Part shown: piece by piece, positions 22,225-32,083 of the stretch
Position numbering within the stretch: the stretch's first letter is position 1
How the letters are laid out: every line of letters starts with the position of its first letter
NCBI GenBank assembly: GCA_964400685.1
Contig: CAYNVT010000004.1
Location: forward strand, 606 to 64,605
Source of the DNA: an uncultured Bacteriovoracaceae bacterium
Lineage (GTDB): Bacteria; Desulfobacterota; Desulfomonilia; UBA1062
Reading direction: 5' to 3'
Length of the DNA stretch: 64,000 bases
Notes under the pieces: generated by a model
Told to the model about the DNA's origin: nothing
Database searches by the model: none
The model's input: only the letters and a program-made list of their open reading frames with translations
Made by a program: the position numbers and the translations under genes

Positions 22225-22983
22225 CTAAACCGCTGTTGTGCCCCCGTCAACGACAAGAGTCTGACCGGTAATAAAGCTGGCACCTTCAGAGGCAAGGAAA
22301 AGAGCGGGATGGACCACTTCCATTGGTTCGGCTATGCGGCCCATGGGAATGCCTTTTGTGATCTGGGCAAGTATTTCCGCATTCGACCAGAATGGTTTTG
22401 AAAAATCGGTCCTGACCATCGCAGGCGCAACTGCGTTTACCCTTATCCCGTATTGCGCCAGTTCGCTGGCAAGAACCTTCGTGAGCATCTCTATCGCGGC
22501 CTTTGCAGTCCCGTATATGCCCATGCCGGGAGAGGCCTTCCTGCCGGCAACAGATGTGATTGTCACGATAGAGCCCTTATTCTGAGGCTTCATTATTTTT
22601 GCAGCCTTTCTTGAAACCAGAAAGGTCCCGCTCAGATTCGAATCGATTATCTTCTGCCAGATTGCAAGCTCCGTATCTGCAATCGACGCAGTAAGCAGGT
22701 TCATGCCTACATTGTTTATGAGTATGTCAAGGCGCCCCCCGGACCAGGCGGTGATTTCATCGAACATCCTTTCGACGTCGGCTTCCTGTCCGATATGAGC
22801 CTGAACCGCTATGAGCCTGTCGCCTGCATTAAGCAGAGCTGCAGCTGCGTCGAGGCCTTCTTTTTTCCGTCCGCAAACAGCCACTTTCGCACCCTGGCCG
22901 AGAAGGGTCTTCGCCATCTCGAGCCCAATGCCCCGGCTTCCCCCCGTTACGAGTACAACCTTGTCTTCAAGTCCGTAATTCAT
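22225..22983 (-). CDS. SDR family NAD(P)-dependent oxidoreductase
   Basis: TGGSRGIG Rossmann motif, NNVG, catalytic YxxxK (YGTAKAA); start at Met with GGGAGAG RBS (ORF opens at 23001). Confidence 0.8.
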   Translation of the reverse strand: MNYGLEDKVVLVTGGSRGIGLEMAKTLLGQGAKVAVCGRKKEGLDAAAALLNAGDRLIAVQAHIGQEADVERMFDEITAWSGGRLDILINNVGMNLLTASIADTELAIWQKIIDSNLSGTFLVSRKAAKIMKPQNKGSIVTITSVAGRKASPGMGIYGTAKAAIEMLTKVLASELAQYGIRVNAVAPAMVRTDFSKPFWSNAEILAQITKGIPMGRIAEPMEVVHPALFLASEGASFITGQTLVVDGGTTAV

Positions 22984-23001
22984 AATTTTCTCTCCCTGCA
23001 T

Positions 23002-23994
23002 TTACCTGTTTTCTTTTGTAAATGGTCCTATCGTCATATCCTTTGTTATCTTCTGATCAATAAAATCAAGTATCAGACCTGCAGTAACATCGGGTATTTC
23101 CTCCTGCGGCGTATGTCCGCAGTGCTGAACTATTGCAAGGTTTGCATTGGGAAGGTTGTGTCTGTACTGATAACCCACGATGAGCGGAATCCATTCATCT
23201 TCCTCTCCCCATACAAGCAGGGTTTTCTGGCCTATCGAAGGAATACGCTTAAGGTATGGTTTAAAATAGTCGAAATCAAGCTGCGTGATTATCGCTGCCT
23301 GGGCGTCTACGGAGCCAACAGTAATCAGCCTTGCGTAATAATTATCAATCTGATCCTGACTCACCCAGTCCTTGTTGTAGAACACTTCCTTCAAGTTCCA
23401 TTTTACAACCCATTTTCCGAACAGAGCCTTTATCGAGAAGACTGCTCCGGGTACTGACCCCATACGTATAATAAGAGGTTTTTTCTGGGGATAGCCTGCG
23501 GGGTCCAGAAGGACCATGCTGCTTATATATTCAGGATGCTCCATCGCCATGAGAATGCCTACGGCCCCGCCCAGAGAGTTGCCGACATAGATCACATTCT
23601 TGATACCTATGGCGTCCATGCATGCACGGACTTCTTCCATAAGCGTAACCGGGTCATATTTGACATCATCTGACGCCCTGGGTTTATCTGACCAGCCGAA
23701 ACCTTTCATATCGATGGCATAAACGTGCAGTCCTTTTTTCTGAAGGACTGGGGCCGCTTTCTCCCATGAATATGTAGATGAACCGAATCCATGGACCATA
23801 AGCACAGGCTGGCCGGCAGCGGGATATTCAGTGTAGTGGAAATTCGTCCGGCCAATCTTTATCATGTGGTCTTCGCCGTTCGGGCACGGGATAGCAATTT
23901 CACCCTGCGGTATATTCTTTATGAAAATTCCGCACCCGCTCAGAATCGATAAGATGATAAACATTACGAATATGACTGAAAACCTGCATTTCAT
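23002..23994 (-). CDS. Alpha/beta hydrolase lipoprotein
   Basis: Lipobox LSGC; HGFGSS oxyanion motif; nucleophile elbow GNSLGG. Confidence 0.75.
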   Translation of the reverse strand: MKCRFSVIFVMFIILSILSGCGIFIKNIPQGEIAIPCPNGEDHMIKIGRTNFHYTEYPAAGQPVLMVHGFGSSTYSWEKAAPVLQKKGLHVYAIDMKGFGWSDKPRASDDVKYDPVTLMEEVRACMDAIGIKNVIYVGNSLGGAVGILMAMEHPEYISSMVLLDPAGYPQKKPLIIRMGSVPGAVFSIKALFGKWVVKWNLKEVFYNKDWVSQDQIDNYYARLITVGSVDAQAAIITQLDFDYFKPYLKRIPSIGQKTLLVWGEEDEWIPLIVGYQYRHNLPNANLAIVQHCGHTPQEEIPDVTAGLILDFIDQKITKDMTIGPFTKENR

Positions 23995-24175
23995 TCTTGC
24001 CTCCTAAGAAAATTAAATCATATTGCAACAGGTAAGCATAACCTGTTTTATGCCCATCAGCGAAGTCCCGCGGAAATTGCCGGCCAGAGGATATCCATAC
24101 CCTGCTCCGTAGCCGCCGGCCTGAACATAAGCAACCTTATTTCTGAAAATATAAGGTTGTGCACTTTAAGCGATT

Positions 24176-25138
24176 TCATATGAGGATTTTTCTGACTGCA
24201 GCCGAAACGCTGTCCCAGTTTCCGTATCTGAGGGCATGGGCGCCGGCAACACCGCATGCATTCGATATCAGGAAAGATGTCCTGATACCGCTGCCTCCTC
24301 TTGCCTGTACATGGCCGAGCGCATCGCCTGCCATGAAAAGGCCTGTTGCAGGCATGCATTCGGTGATCATTCCGCCCATCGGGATTGATGTTCGCAGGCT
24401 GTATTCGACTGTGGCGCCCTTTATCCTTTCGGAGAAGATTTTATGGAAAGAGGAGAATTCTTCAAGCTCCGGCAGCCAGTTGTTCGACAGGCTTAAAATG
24501 ATTATTTCCGCTTCTCCTTTGCCTCTCGGGAATATGCAGCCGACGGCAAGCCTGCCTCCTTCAGCATGAAAATGATATTCAAGCCTGTCTTCCGGACCGT
24601 CATAGTTTTTTAAAATCCATTTTGCGGCAGGCCTGTCCATTTTAGACCGGTCAATCCCGGTAAGAGTAGATGAAAGATCATCAATGCCTCCACATGAATA
24701 TATCAGGTCTGCAGGACAATCCCTGTCTGAAAGCCTCACCATTTGCGCCCTTCCCTTTTCAACAATGATCCCTACAACGTTGGTGCCGGTATGAATACTT
24801 GCCCCGGATTTCTGAACCTTTTGGGCAATGGCCTTAATGAAATCCTGCCAGTCGATGATCAGGTTGTATTCAGATATCGTCCGGTCAACCAGCTTTTTGC
24901 CGGAATGGGAATAGTAGCGGCGTTTGTTTATTCTGTGGATTGTCTGCGAATCGAAAAAGCCTTTTCCAAGCAAGGCCTCCATTTCAGGGCTGAAACGGAT
25001 TGTCTCTCCCCTCCTCTGTTGGCCGATCTCCTGCTGCCTCTCATAAATATCAACCTCGATACCTGCGCGGGAAAGAGCAAGCGCTGCTCCCAACCCTGCA
25101 GGGCCTGCTCCGATAACAATGGCTTTATTATTCATCAT
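24176..25138 (-). CDS. FAD-dependent oxidoreductase, geranylgeranyl-reductase-like family
   Basis: N-terminal GxGxxG (IVIGAGPAGLGAA) + ERQ; GGR-like length 320 aa. Confidence 0.6.
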   Translation of the reverse strand: MMNNKAIVIGAGPAGLGAALALSRAGIEVDIYERQQEIGQQRRGETIRFSPEMEALLGKGFFDSQTIHRINKRRYYSHSGKKLVDRTISEYNLIIDWQDFIKAIAQKVQKSGASIHTGTNVVGIIVEKGRAQMVRLSDRDCPADLIYSCGGIDDLSSTLTGIDRSKMDRPAAKWILKNYDGPEDRLEYHFHAEGGRLAVGCIFPRGKGEAEIIILSLSNNWLPELEEFSSFHKIFSERIKGATVEYSLRTSIPMGGMITECMPATGLFMAGDALGHVQARGGSGIRTSFLISNACGVAGAHALRYGNWDSVSAAVRKILI

Positions 25139-25215
25139 CGGACAAGATTACCAATATGCAATTTGCCTTGTCAATTTATTATATGTTAATTTCATCTGAA
25201 CTGGGAGAATGTTTT

Positions 25216-26784
25216 ATGGAAAAGATCGATAAAAAAACCTGGTATTTCATACTTGGGGCTCTTCTTCTAATTCTTCTGCCGGGGATAAACCATGGCATAT
25301 GGCGTCCCGACGAACCGTATATGGCGGGTATCTGTTCGGAGATGGCCAGGACAGGCGATTTTGTCGTTCCCAGACTCAACGGCGTACCTTTTCTTGAGAA
25401 ACCTCCCCTGTACTACTGGGTAGCGGCTTCATTCGGTACCGTTTTCGGCACCACCGACGATATGCCTTTCAGGCTCGCTTCAACCCTATTTTCAATATTG
25501 ACCCTGGTTACGATTTTCTTCGGCATCAGAAAAAGGACATCGGATGTTACCGCAGCAATGGCCTGCCTCGTACTTTCCTCCCTCTGGCAGTTTTTCGATC
25601 AGTCGCGCTGGATAATAGTCGATATAGCCCTTATCTTCGGTGTTGCTCTATCCATGGTTGCATGGTTCAGGATCACCCATAAAGGCAGGTGGACCGATTC
25701 GATGCTGCTTGGAATAGGTACTGCAATTGCCTTCATGGCAAAGGGATTTGTGGGGCCTGCAATGATCGCATCTGCGATTGTCGTAGATGTGCTCATAAAG
25801 AGAGATTTCAGGCTTATCATCAGATCAAGGCCGCATATCGCACTTTTATTCTTCATGCTGCCCATCGCGATATGGACAGCTCTGCTCTATAAAAGCGGAG
25901 GCTGGTCTTTCGTCAGGGAAGTGCTCGTCGTGAACAACATCATGCGTTTTACCGGTGCGCCCGAAGGTGCTGCGCTGGGGCATATGCACGGCCCTTTCTA
26001 TTATCTGCCCAAGGTACCGTCCGAGATGATCCCCTGGACGCTGATAGGGATACCCGCTTTCATCGCATCTTTTAAAAATTTCAGAAACGACAGCTACCTT
26101 CCCTGGTTCATAGGGCCCTTGCTGCTTCTCTCGGCTTCATCAGCAAAGAGAGGCCTTTATCTGGCGCCTCTCGGACCTGCAATAGCCTGTATGATCGCCT
26201 CATGGCTGTCGTCTCCACCACAGAATAAATGGGAGGAGCTTACGATAAAGATCACATGGGCTCTTACCGCAGCCGCGGCACTGGTTCCACTTGCCGGATT
26301 ATTCATGGGTGTGCCTTTCTGGGGGGCGGTCATGGGCATGATATCCATTGGAAGCCTTGTCTACATATACAGGTACAGCGGACTGAAAATGTCAAACCTT
26401 GCTCTGTGCATTTCGGTCTGTATTGTTATGGCTTCGGCCATGTTTGTCTTTTACATGCACCAGCAACCAGGTGAGGATTACCTGCCGTTTGCGAAGAAAG
26501 CCCTCAGCGTTTCGCAGGGAAAAGAAATCATTCTTCTAGCGGATGACGAGGTGTTTGAAGGCGTGATGCCCATGATAACAGGCAAATATTTCAGAAACGT
26601 GCCTAAACCCGACCGGATTACGGAAGAAGGCTATTATATCTGGGCCGATAACCGGAAAGAAGAAATCACGCGGAAAATCAGGAAACTCTATAAGGTCGAT
26701 GTGGTGCTGGACAAGCGTATAGGAAGGAAAAACGCAAGACTCGCCTACATCATTCCCGAACCCCATGCAAATCCCGGGAGATAA
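25216..26784 (+). CDS. ArnT-like undecaprenyl-phosphate-aminoarabinose:lipid A transferase (GT83/GT39 family), paralog 1
   Basis: WRPDEPYMAGICSEMARTGDFVVPRLNGVPFLEKPPLYYW matches ArnT N-terminal loop; ~13 TM; GGGAGA RBS before 25216 (ORF opens at 25156). Confidence 0.75.
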   Translation: MEKIDKKTWYFILGALLLILLPGINHGIWRPDEPYMAGICSEMARTGDFVVPRLNGVPFLEKPPLYYWVAASFGTVFGTTDDMPFRLASTLFSILTLVTIFFGIRKRTSDVTAAMACLVLSSLWQFFDQSRWIIVDIALIFGVALSMVAWFRITHKGRWTDSMLLGIGTAIAFMAKGFVGPAMIASAIVVDVLIKRDFRLIIRSRPHIALLFFMLPIAIWTALLYKSGGWSFVREVLVVNNIMRFTGAPEGAALGHMHGPFYYLPKVPSEMIPWTLIGIPAFIASFKNFRNDSYLPWFIGPLLLLSASSAKRGLYLAPLGPAIACMIASWLSSPPQNKWEELTIKITWALTAAAALVPLAGLFMGVPFWGAVMGMISIGSLVYIYRYSGLKMSNLALCISVCIVMASAMFVFYMHQQPGEDYLPFAKKALSVSQGKEIILLADDEVFEGVMPMITGKYFRNVPKPDRITEEGYYIWADNRKEEITRKIRKLYKVDVVLDKRIGRKNARLAYIIPEPHANPGR

Positions 26785-26787
26785 AGA

Positions 26788-27456
26788 ATGAAGGTCCTTG
26801 TAATTGAAGATGATATAAAAACAGCATCGTTCATTATAAAAGGGCTTTCGCAGGCAGGCTATCTCGCGGACCATGCACCAGACGGCGAAACCGGCCTTTT
26901 TATGGCGCAGACGGCATCTTATGATGCGGCGGTAGTCGATATAATGCTGCCGCTGCTCGACGGGATATCCCTGGTAAAGAAGTTGAGGGCTGATAATAAT
27001 ATGACGCCTGTCATTTTTTTAAGCGCAAAAGGCTCAACCGAGGACCGAATAAAAGGGCTTCAAACAGGAGCAGATGACTACATTCCAAAGCCGTTCGCAT
27101 TTTCAGAACTTCTTGCAAGACTTCAGGCTGTCCTGAGGCGTGCTTCAGCATCTGCAGAACCGACAACTTTAAGCATATCCGACCTCACACTTGACCTTAT
27201 AAAAAGAAAGGTTTTCAGGGCAGGGGTCGAGATCGAACTTCAGACCAAGGAATTTGCCCTGCTTGAATATCTTATCAGGAACAAGGGCCGGGTCATTTCA
27301 AAGACCATGATCATCGAAAACGTCTGGAACTATAATTTTGACCCCCAGACAAACGTGGTTGAGGCAAGGATATGCCATTTAAGGGACAAGATCGACCGCG
27401 ACCATGAACACAAGCTTATCCAGACGATCCGCGGTGTGGGGTACATGATTGAGTAA
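26788..27456 (+). CDS. OmpR/PhoB-family response regulator (PmrA/BasR-like)
   Basis: Receiver (VIEDD...DIMLP) + winged-helix C-terminal (RGVGY); adjacent to arnT-like gene and sensor kinase. Confidence 0.85.
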   Translation: MKVLVIEDDIKTASFIIKGLSQAGYLADHAPDGETGLFMAQTASYDAAVVDIMLPLLDGISLVKKLRADNNMTPVIFLSAKGSTEDRIKGLQTGADDYIPKPFAFSELLARLQAVLRRASASAEPTTLSISDLTLDLIKRKVFRAGVEIELQTKEFALLEYLIRNKGRVISKTMIIENVWNYNFDPQTNVVEARICHLRDKIDRDHEHKLIQTIRGVGYMIE

Positions 27457-28852
27457 AAAGACTTCCAGAATATCAGGTGTTGCTCTCAAAATCGCACTTT
27501 CCTATGCAGCAGCTTTCGTTGTTGTCGCAGCTGCAGCGTTCGGCGTTCTTTATATCGGGCTGGCCTCCAACCTTCAGGCAAGGCTTGACGAGCTTTTAAG
27601 GAAGCAGGCATCAGACCTTGAACTGCTTTATGAATCAGGGAACAGAACTCTATTTGCTGAGGAAATCAACAGGCAGACAAGTTACGAGGGCGTTGACAGA
27701 ATGTTCATGCTGCTGATGAATAAAAAGGCTGATCCCACCCTGAAAACAGACATGACCCCCTGGACAGGAGTTTTAGAGACCCTTTCGAAAGAAGCATCCA
27801 TCATGAAAAACGAAGAGGATTTTATCACGCTGAAAGTTGCAGAACGAAAACACAAGGTCAGGGTAATCATCCGGCGTCTTAAAGACGGTTCATTCATTGC
27901 TGCGGGGAGAACGGTCAGAGACAATGACAAGGTGATGGAAGATTTCAGGGAGATTTTCTCCACCGCTTTTTCCCTGATACTCCTTATTGGTGCCCTTGCT
28001 GCATGGTTTGTTACAAAAAGAGCTATGCGAGGGGTCGAGCGTGTCACAAAGACGGCAGGCATCATCGGGACCGAAGGGCTTTCAAAAAGGGTCCCTGTTG
28101 GAAATGAAGGCCGGGAGATAGCAGAGCTGGCAACAGCCTTTAATGACATGCTCGAACGTATCGAAGCCCTCATAACAGATATGAGGGCCGTCACCGACAA
28201 CATCGCCCATGACCTTAAAAGCCCTCTTACCAGAATCAGGGGAATTGCTGAAACGACGCTTACCGGTTCGCAGAATCTTGCCGAATACAGGGATATGGCA
28301 GGCAATGTCATCGAGGAATGCGATAGGATGGTTTCGATGATCAACATCATGCTTGAGATAGCCCGTACTGATGCGGGGCTTACAAAGCTTGACACCAAAG
28401 AGTTGGATATCAATGAAATTCTAGTCGATATTGTTGATATTTACGAGGCACTGGCCCAGGACAGAGGCATCATCCTTTCATTAATTAACCCCGGCAATAT
28501 CCCCAGGGTTTCGGCGGACAAGGCCATGATTCAAAGTGCGGTTGCCAACCTGATCGATAATGCGGTCAAATATACTCCTTCAGGCGGCGAAGTCTGCATA
28601 CGCACAGGAATCGAGAACGGCACAATAATGATTTCAGTAACGGATACAGGGCCCGGAATTACAGAAGAAGATATCCCTCATATTTTCGAAAGATTTTACC
28701 GCGGCGATATAAGCCGGTCAACCCCTGGAAGCGGCCTCGGCCTGAGCCTTGTCATGTCCATAGCCAAGGCCCACGGCGGCGACGTGAGCGTCAAAACTTC
28801 ACCAAATGGTAGCACATTCAGCCTGAGCCTGCCGTTAAAGAAAATAATATGA
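27449..28852 (+). CDS. Sensor histidine kinase (PmrB/BasS-like) with 2 TM, HAMP, HisKA, HATPase
   Basis: H-box IAHDLKSPLT, N box NLIDNAVKYT, G boxes DTGPGI / GSGLGLS; overlaps RR by 8 nt. Confidence 0.85.
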   Translation: MSKKTSRISGVALKIALSYAAAFVVVAAAAFGVLYIGLASNLQARLDELLRKQASDLELLYESGNRTLFAEEINRQTSYEGVDRMFMLLMNKKADPTLKTDMTPWTGVLETLSKEASIMKNEEDFITLKVAERKHKVRVIIRRLKDGSFIAAGRTVRDNDKVMEDFREIFSTAFSLILLIGALAAWFVTKRAMRGVERVTKTAGIIGTEGLSKRVPVGNEGREIAELATAFNDMLERIEALITDMRAVTDNIAHDLKSPLTRIRGIAETTLTGSQNLAEYRDMAGNVIEECDRMVSMINIMLEIARTDAGLTKLDTKELDINEILVDIVDIYEALAQDRGIILSLINPGNIPRVSADKAMIQSAVANLIDNAVKYTPSGGEVCIRTGIENGTIMISVTDTGPGITEEDIPHIFERFYRGDISRSTPGSGLGLSLVMSIAKAHGGDVSVKTSPNGSTFSLSLPLKKII

Positions 28853-28900
28853 TCATGTTAAGTATACAGACAAGTGAATCAAAATATGATATAAAATCTT

Positions 28901-29089
28901 ATGAAGTTAGACAGAACAAAAACCCTGCTAAAAAAACAGACCAAACAAGATGACTGCTTTGTTAATGCCTCTTTTCAGGAAAGAATATCTTTTGTCTGGG
29001 AACTGACATCTGAATTGTGGCACCTGAAAGGTGACAGAGATGCTGAACGAAGATTACAAAGATATGTTACAAAGCTTGTTAGACAATGA
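28901..29089 (+). CDS. Small hypothetical ORF (possible partner/antitoxin of downstream nucleotidyltransferase-fold protein)
   Basis: 62 aa ORF overlapping next gene by 59 nt in a different frame; AT-rich context; no recognisable motif. Confidence 0.2.
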   Translation: MKLDRTKTLLKKQTKQDDCFVNASFQERISFVWELTSELWHLKGDRDAERRLQRYVTKLVRQ

Positions 29090-29492
29090 GGTAAAATTTC
29101 TCATTGTCGGTGCTTATGCCCTTGCCGTTTATGGATATCCTAGAGCAACTGGTGATTTTGACATATGGGTAGAAGCAAGTCTGGAAAATTCAAAAAAAGT
29201 ACTGGCCTCCCTTATCTATTTTGGAGCACCTGTGTCAGGGTTGACAGAAAATACTTTTATTGAGGAAGGTATAATCTTTCAAATCGGTGTTGCACCACGC
29301 AGAATAGATATCATAACCCAAATTGACGGTGTCGAATTTAACAACGCCTACCAGTCCAGAACAACAGTCGTAATGGAAGGACTAAATCTTCCTTTCATTT
29401 CTAAAGAAGACCTCATCAAAAATAAGAAATCAACCGGGAGAGATAAAGATATCCTTGATGCAAAACACCTTGAAGAAAACGAAAATGCATAA
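29031..29492 (+). CDS. Nucleotidyltransferase-fold (MNT-like) protein
   Basis: Pol-beta-type NTase signature G..(12)..DFDIWV with flanking hydrophobics; 153 aa; AT-rich island context. Confidence 0.4.
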   Translation: MTEMLNEDYKDMLQSLLDNEVKFLIVGAYALAVYGYPRATGDFDIWVEASLENSKKVLASLIYFGAPVSGLTENTFIEEGIIFQIGVAPRRIDIITQIDGVEFNNAYQSRTTVVMEGLNLPFISKEDLIKNKKSTGRDKDILDAKHLEENENA

Positions 29493-29510
29493 TCATACAC
29501 TCCATGCGCA

Positions 29511-29533
29511 AGAAAAGGTGACAGGCACCATTT
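29511..29533. repeat. 23-nt direct repeat copy 1 (AGAAAAGGTGACAGGCACCAT, palindromic core GGTG-CAGGCACC)
   Basis: 22/23 identical to copy at 31781-31803; flanks MarR/Fe-S/membrane-protein cassette. Confidence 0.6.
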
Positions 29534-29620
29534 CTTTAATTGCGTCCCGTACACTGAATTAATTTTTTTACTTCTTTTTTTGCTTGACATTTTTAAGTTA
29601 ACCTGGTTAATTATCTTGCC

Positions 29621-30064
29621 ATGAATGAACAGAATCGTGAAAGTATTCTTGATATGATTCATATTGCGCATCTCTACCTACAGAGGCTGGAGAGTACTCC
29701 ACGTGATTATGGAACCGGTGAGCTTCTTTATTCCTCTGATGTTCATACGGTTGTTGCTGTGAGTAAAGCACCCGGCTGTAATTTGACGGCATTGGCTGCC
29801 CAGCTTAATATTTCGAAAGCTGCCGTATCTAAATTCGTCTCCAAGCTGGTCCGTACGGGTTATCTTATTAAAAGCAGACCGGTTGATAACGATCGCGAAG
29901 TGATCTTTACTTTGACTAAAAAAGGGCAAGCCGCAGCCAGTGGACATCAAGCATTCGTAGCAAAGACGTTTGGTTCTCTTTTTCAGGTAGAATCCGCTCT
30001 TTCTGAGCGGGACTATCAGACAATAAAAGAATATTTCAAGAAACTGATGGACCTAATTGAGTAA
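29621..30064 (+). CDS. MarR family transcriptional regulator
   Basis: Winged HTH region LTALAAQLNISKAAVSKFVSKLVRTGYL; 147 aa. Confidence 0.75.
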   Translation: MNEQNRESILDMIHIAHLYLQRLESTPRDYGTGELLYSSDVHTVVAVSKAPGCNLTALAAQLNISKAAVSKFVSKLVRTGYLIKSRPVDNDREVIFTLTKKGQAAASGHQAFVAKTFGSLFQVESALSERDYQTIKEYFKKLMDLIE

Positions 30065-30114
30065 TAATTTTTTTTAAATATATTATTAACTTGGTTAACT
30101 TAACAGGGAACGCT

Positions 30115-30912
30115 ATGATAAGTAAAAGAATAACCGGTACGATAAGGAACAAATGGGGATTCATATGCAGGTTGATAAAGATGAGAAGACAATCAATACG
30201 CATGCTTCTTCTTCTCTTTTCATTTTCTGTATTTCCCATAACAATTATTTATCTGGCCCCGGCTCCGCCGATAATGAGCCTAAAGGCAGGAGTAATCAAT
30301 CTGAGTGTAATTACAATCCTTGCAATTTTCATATCTGGTTTCATTTTTCGTCGAGCATTTTGCGGCTGGCTTTGTCCAGGCGGAGGATGCCAACTGGTTG
30401 CACAGACCTTGAACAACAATAAATTACAGCATCAAAAAACAAACTGGATGCGGATTATACTTGTCTCTATCTGGTTTATCATTTTGATCTCTGTAGTTGT
30501 GTTTTCAGAGCACTTACCCAGTCTGGATATAGTTCATCCCGGTGCAGGTAAATTTGCCACGTCATACATTCGTTACTTTTTACCATACATACCTGTGGTA
30601 ATTTTCATATTTCTCTTTACCTTTCTTTTTGGCAGACGCGGTTTTTGTCATCGGGGATGCTGGATCTATCCCATCATAGCATTCAGTTCAAAGGTTGGAA
30701 TGCTCATCCATACTCCCAGTCTTCATGTGGCTGTAAACGACCATGATAAATGTTCACACTGCAAAGCCTGCACAACAAATTGCCCGATGAGTATCGAGGT
30801 ATTTGAATATATCCAGACAAACACTAAATTACCGAATAATTGCATTCAGTGCGGTTTATGTATTGATAAATGTCCAAAGGGTATCCTGGAATTTTCGTTT
30901 GGCTTTAAGTAA
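30115..30912 (+). CDS. Polytopic membrane 4Fe-4S-binding protein (NapH/MauN/COG0348-like)
   Basis: 4-5 TM; CGWLCPGGGCQ, CHRGCW and C-terminal CSHCKACTTNCP / CIQCGLCIDKCP ferredoxin motifs; AGGGA RBS before 30115. Confidence 0.6.
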   Translation: MISKRITGTIRNKWGFICRLIKMRRQSIRMLLLLFSFSVFPITIIYLAPAPPIMSLKAGVINLSVITILAIFISGFIFRRAFCGWLCPGGGCQLVAQTLNNNKLQHQKTNWMRIILVSIWFIILISVVVFSEHLPSLDIVHPGAGKFATSYIRYFLPYIPVVIFIFLFTFLFGRRGFCHRGCWIYPIIAFSSKVGMLIHTPSLHVAVNDHDKCSHCKACTTNCPMSIEVFEYIQTNTKLPNNCIQCGLCIDKCPKGILEFSFGFK

Positions 30913-30933
30913 TTCACAGAAGGAGACAGACAT

Positions 30934-31608
30934 ATGAATACCGGAAATTACAAGATAAATAGAACAAAACGTATGTGTATCGGCTTATCTTTCATCATTT
31001 TCCCTTTAATATTTATTTTTGCTTTTGCAGGTCACCCTAACCTTTTGAATCCTCATTTTTTGGGGCCGGAAGATCTTATTTTAAGAGCTCATAACAATTC
31101 AATGCTACATTTTGGACATGCATTAGTTACGCTATGTACTGGTCTGCTTGTTGTTGTTGCAGTACATTTTATGAATATTCAAAACGACAAATCAACTGCC
31201 TGGTACGGATTTATAGGCGGTGTCCTGGCAATACTGGGCGCGCTCATGTTAGCAGCTGATAAAGGGGCATTATGTCTGACTATGAGTGCCCTCGATACGC
31301 TACCTGAACATAAATTCAGAATGATGATGCCGGGTTTACTTGCGATGTTTGCAAAAAACGGCTGGCTGGTTCTTATTTGGGGACTCCTCTTGTTACCTGT
31401 CGGTTTTTTGATTCAGACAATAGGGTTACTCAAGTCCAAAAGCCTGCCAACATGGCAAAGTCTACTGTTTCTGATAGGGGTGCTTTTCATTGGCACTCCT
31501 GACGGTGTTGAAATTATTAATTTAACTGCATCAGTTTTGATAGCAACAGCATGCTTACCATATGGTTTAAAGATTATAGCAAATAGAAACAAAAAAGTTA
31601 TAACCTGA
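30934..31608 (+). CDS. Hypothetical polytopic membrane protein
   Basis: 6 predicted TM helices, no catalytic motif; GGAGA RBS. Confidence 0.45.
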   Translation: MNTGNYKINRTKRMCIGLSFIIFPLIFIFAFAGHPNLLNPHFLGPEDLILRAHNNSMLHFGHALVTLCTGLLVVVAVHFMNIQNDKSTAWYGFIGGVLAILGALMLAADKGALCLTMSALDTLPEHKFRMMMPGLLAMFAKNGWLVLIWGLLLLPVGFLIQTIGLLKSKSLPTWQSLLFLIGVLFIGTPDGVEIINLTASVLIATACLPYGLKIIANRNKKVIT

Positions 31609-31693
31609 AGATGGGCTGTACAGAAACCAATTAATCCGGTTTATATTCAAGATGCTGTCCAGGAGGCCAGGAGGAAGGCGACGCAGGCATAAT

Positions 31694-31778
31694 AATCAGC
31701 TGCTGAGCTATTAAGCTGTTAAGCATAATCTAAAAGAAGATTTGATTTTCTTATCAGCTCATCAGCTTAACAGCTTAT
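31694..31778. repeat. Imperfect inverted repeat (AAGCTGTTAAGC ... GCTTAACAGCTT) with ~40-nt spacer
   Basis: CAGCTGCTGAGCTATTAAGCTGTTAAGC and CTTATCAGCTCATCAGCTTAACAGCTTATC arms read directly. Confidence 0.5.
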
Positions 31779-31780
31779 CA

Positions 31781-31803
31781 AGAAAAGGTGCCAGGCACCA
31801 TAT
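31781..31803. repeat. 23-nt direct repeat copy 2 (AGAAAAGGTGCCAGGCACCAT)
   Basis: See copy 1; lies in AT-rich non-coding stretch next to a long imperfect inverted repeat. Confidence 0.6.
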
Positions 31804-32083
31804 CTTGGGAAAAAGGATTTGGCGGATCTTGAATCTCTGGGTGAAGTGATTGATCCATAGTTAAAATATCGATGTCGGTTTTGTTTACTTTGGACAATTT
31901 TCCTATGATATACACGCCGGGCTTTTTGTCCTTATTATCATAAAATACCCGCTGGTAAGTCTAGGTATCTGCTGATTTTATGATATATTTTTCTTTTCAT
32001 TTCTTAGTTAAATACAGTATTATTTTCACAAAATACCGAAAAAGGATTTAGGGTATACTAATTGTTAGCCGTATGAGGAAATA

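Noticed and set aside
22795-23457. 220-aa plus-strand ORF
   Set aside because: Antisense across the SDR/alpha-beta-hydrolase junction, both of which have catalytic motifs.
27682-28413. 243-aa minus-strand ORF
   Set aside because: Antisense inside the PmrB-like kinase. Ser-rich shadow frame.
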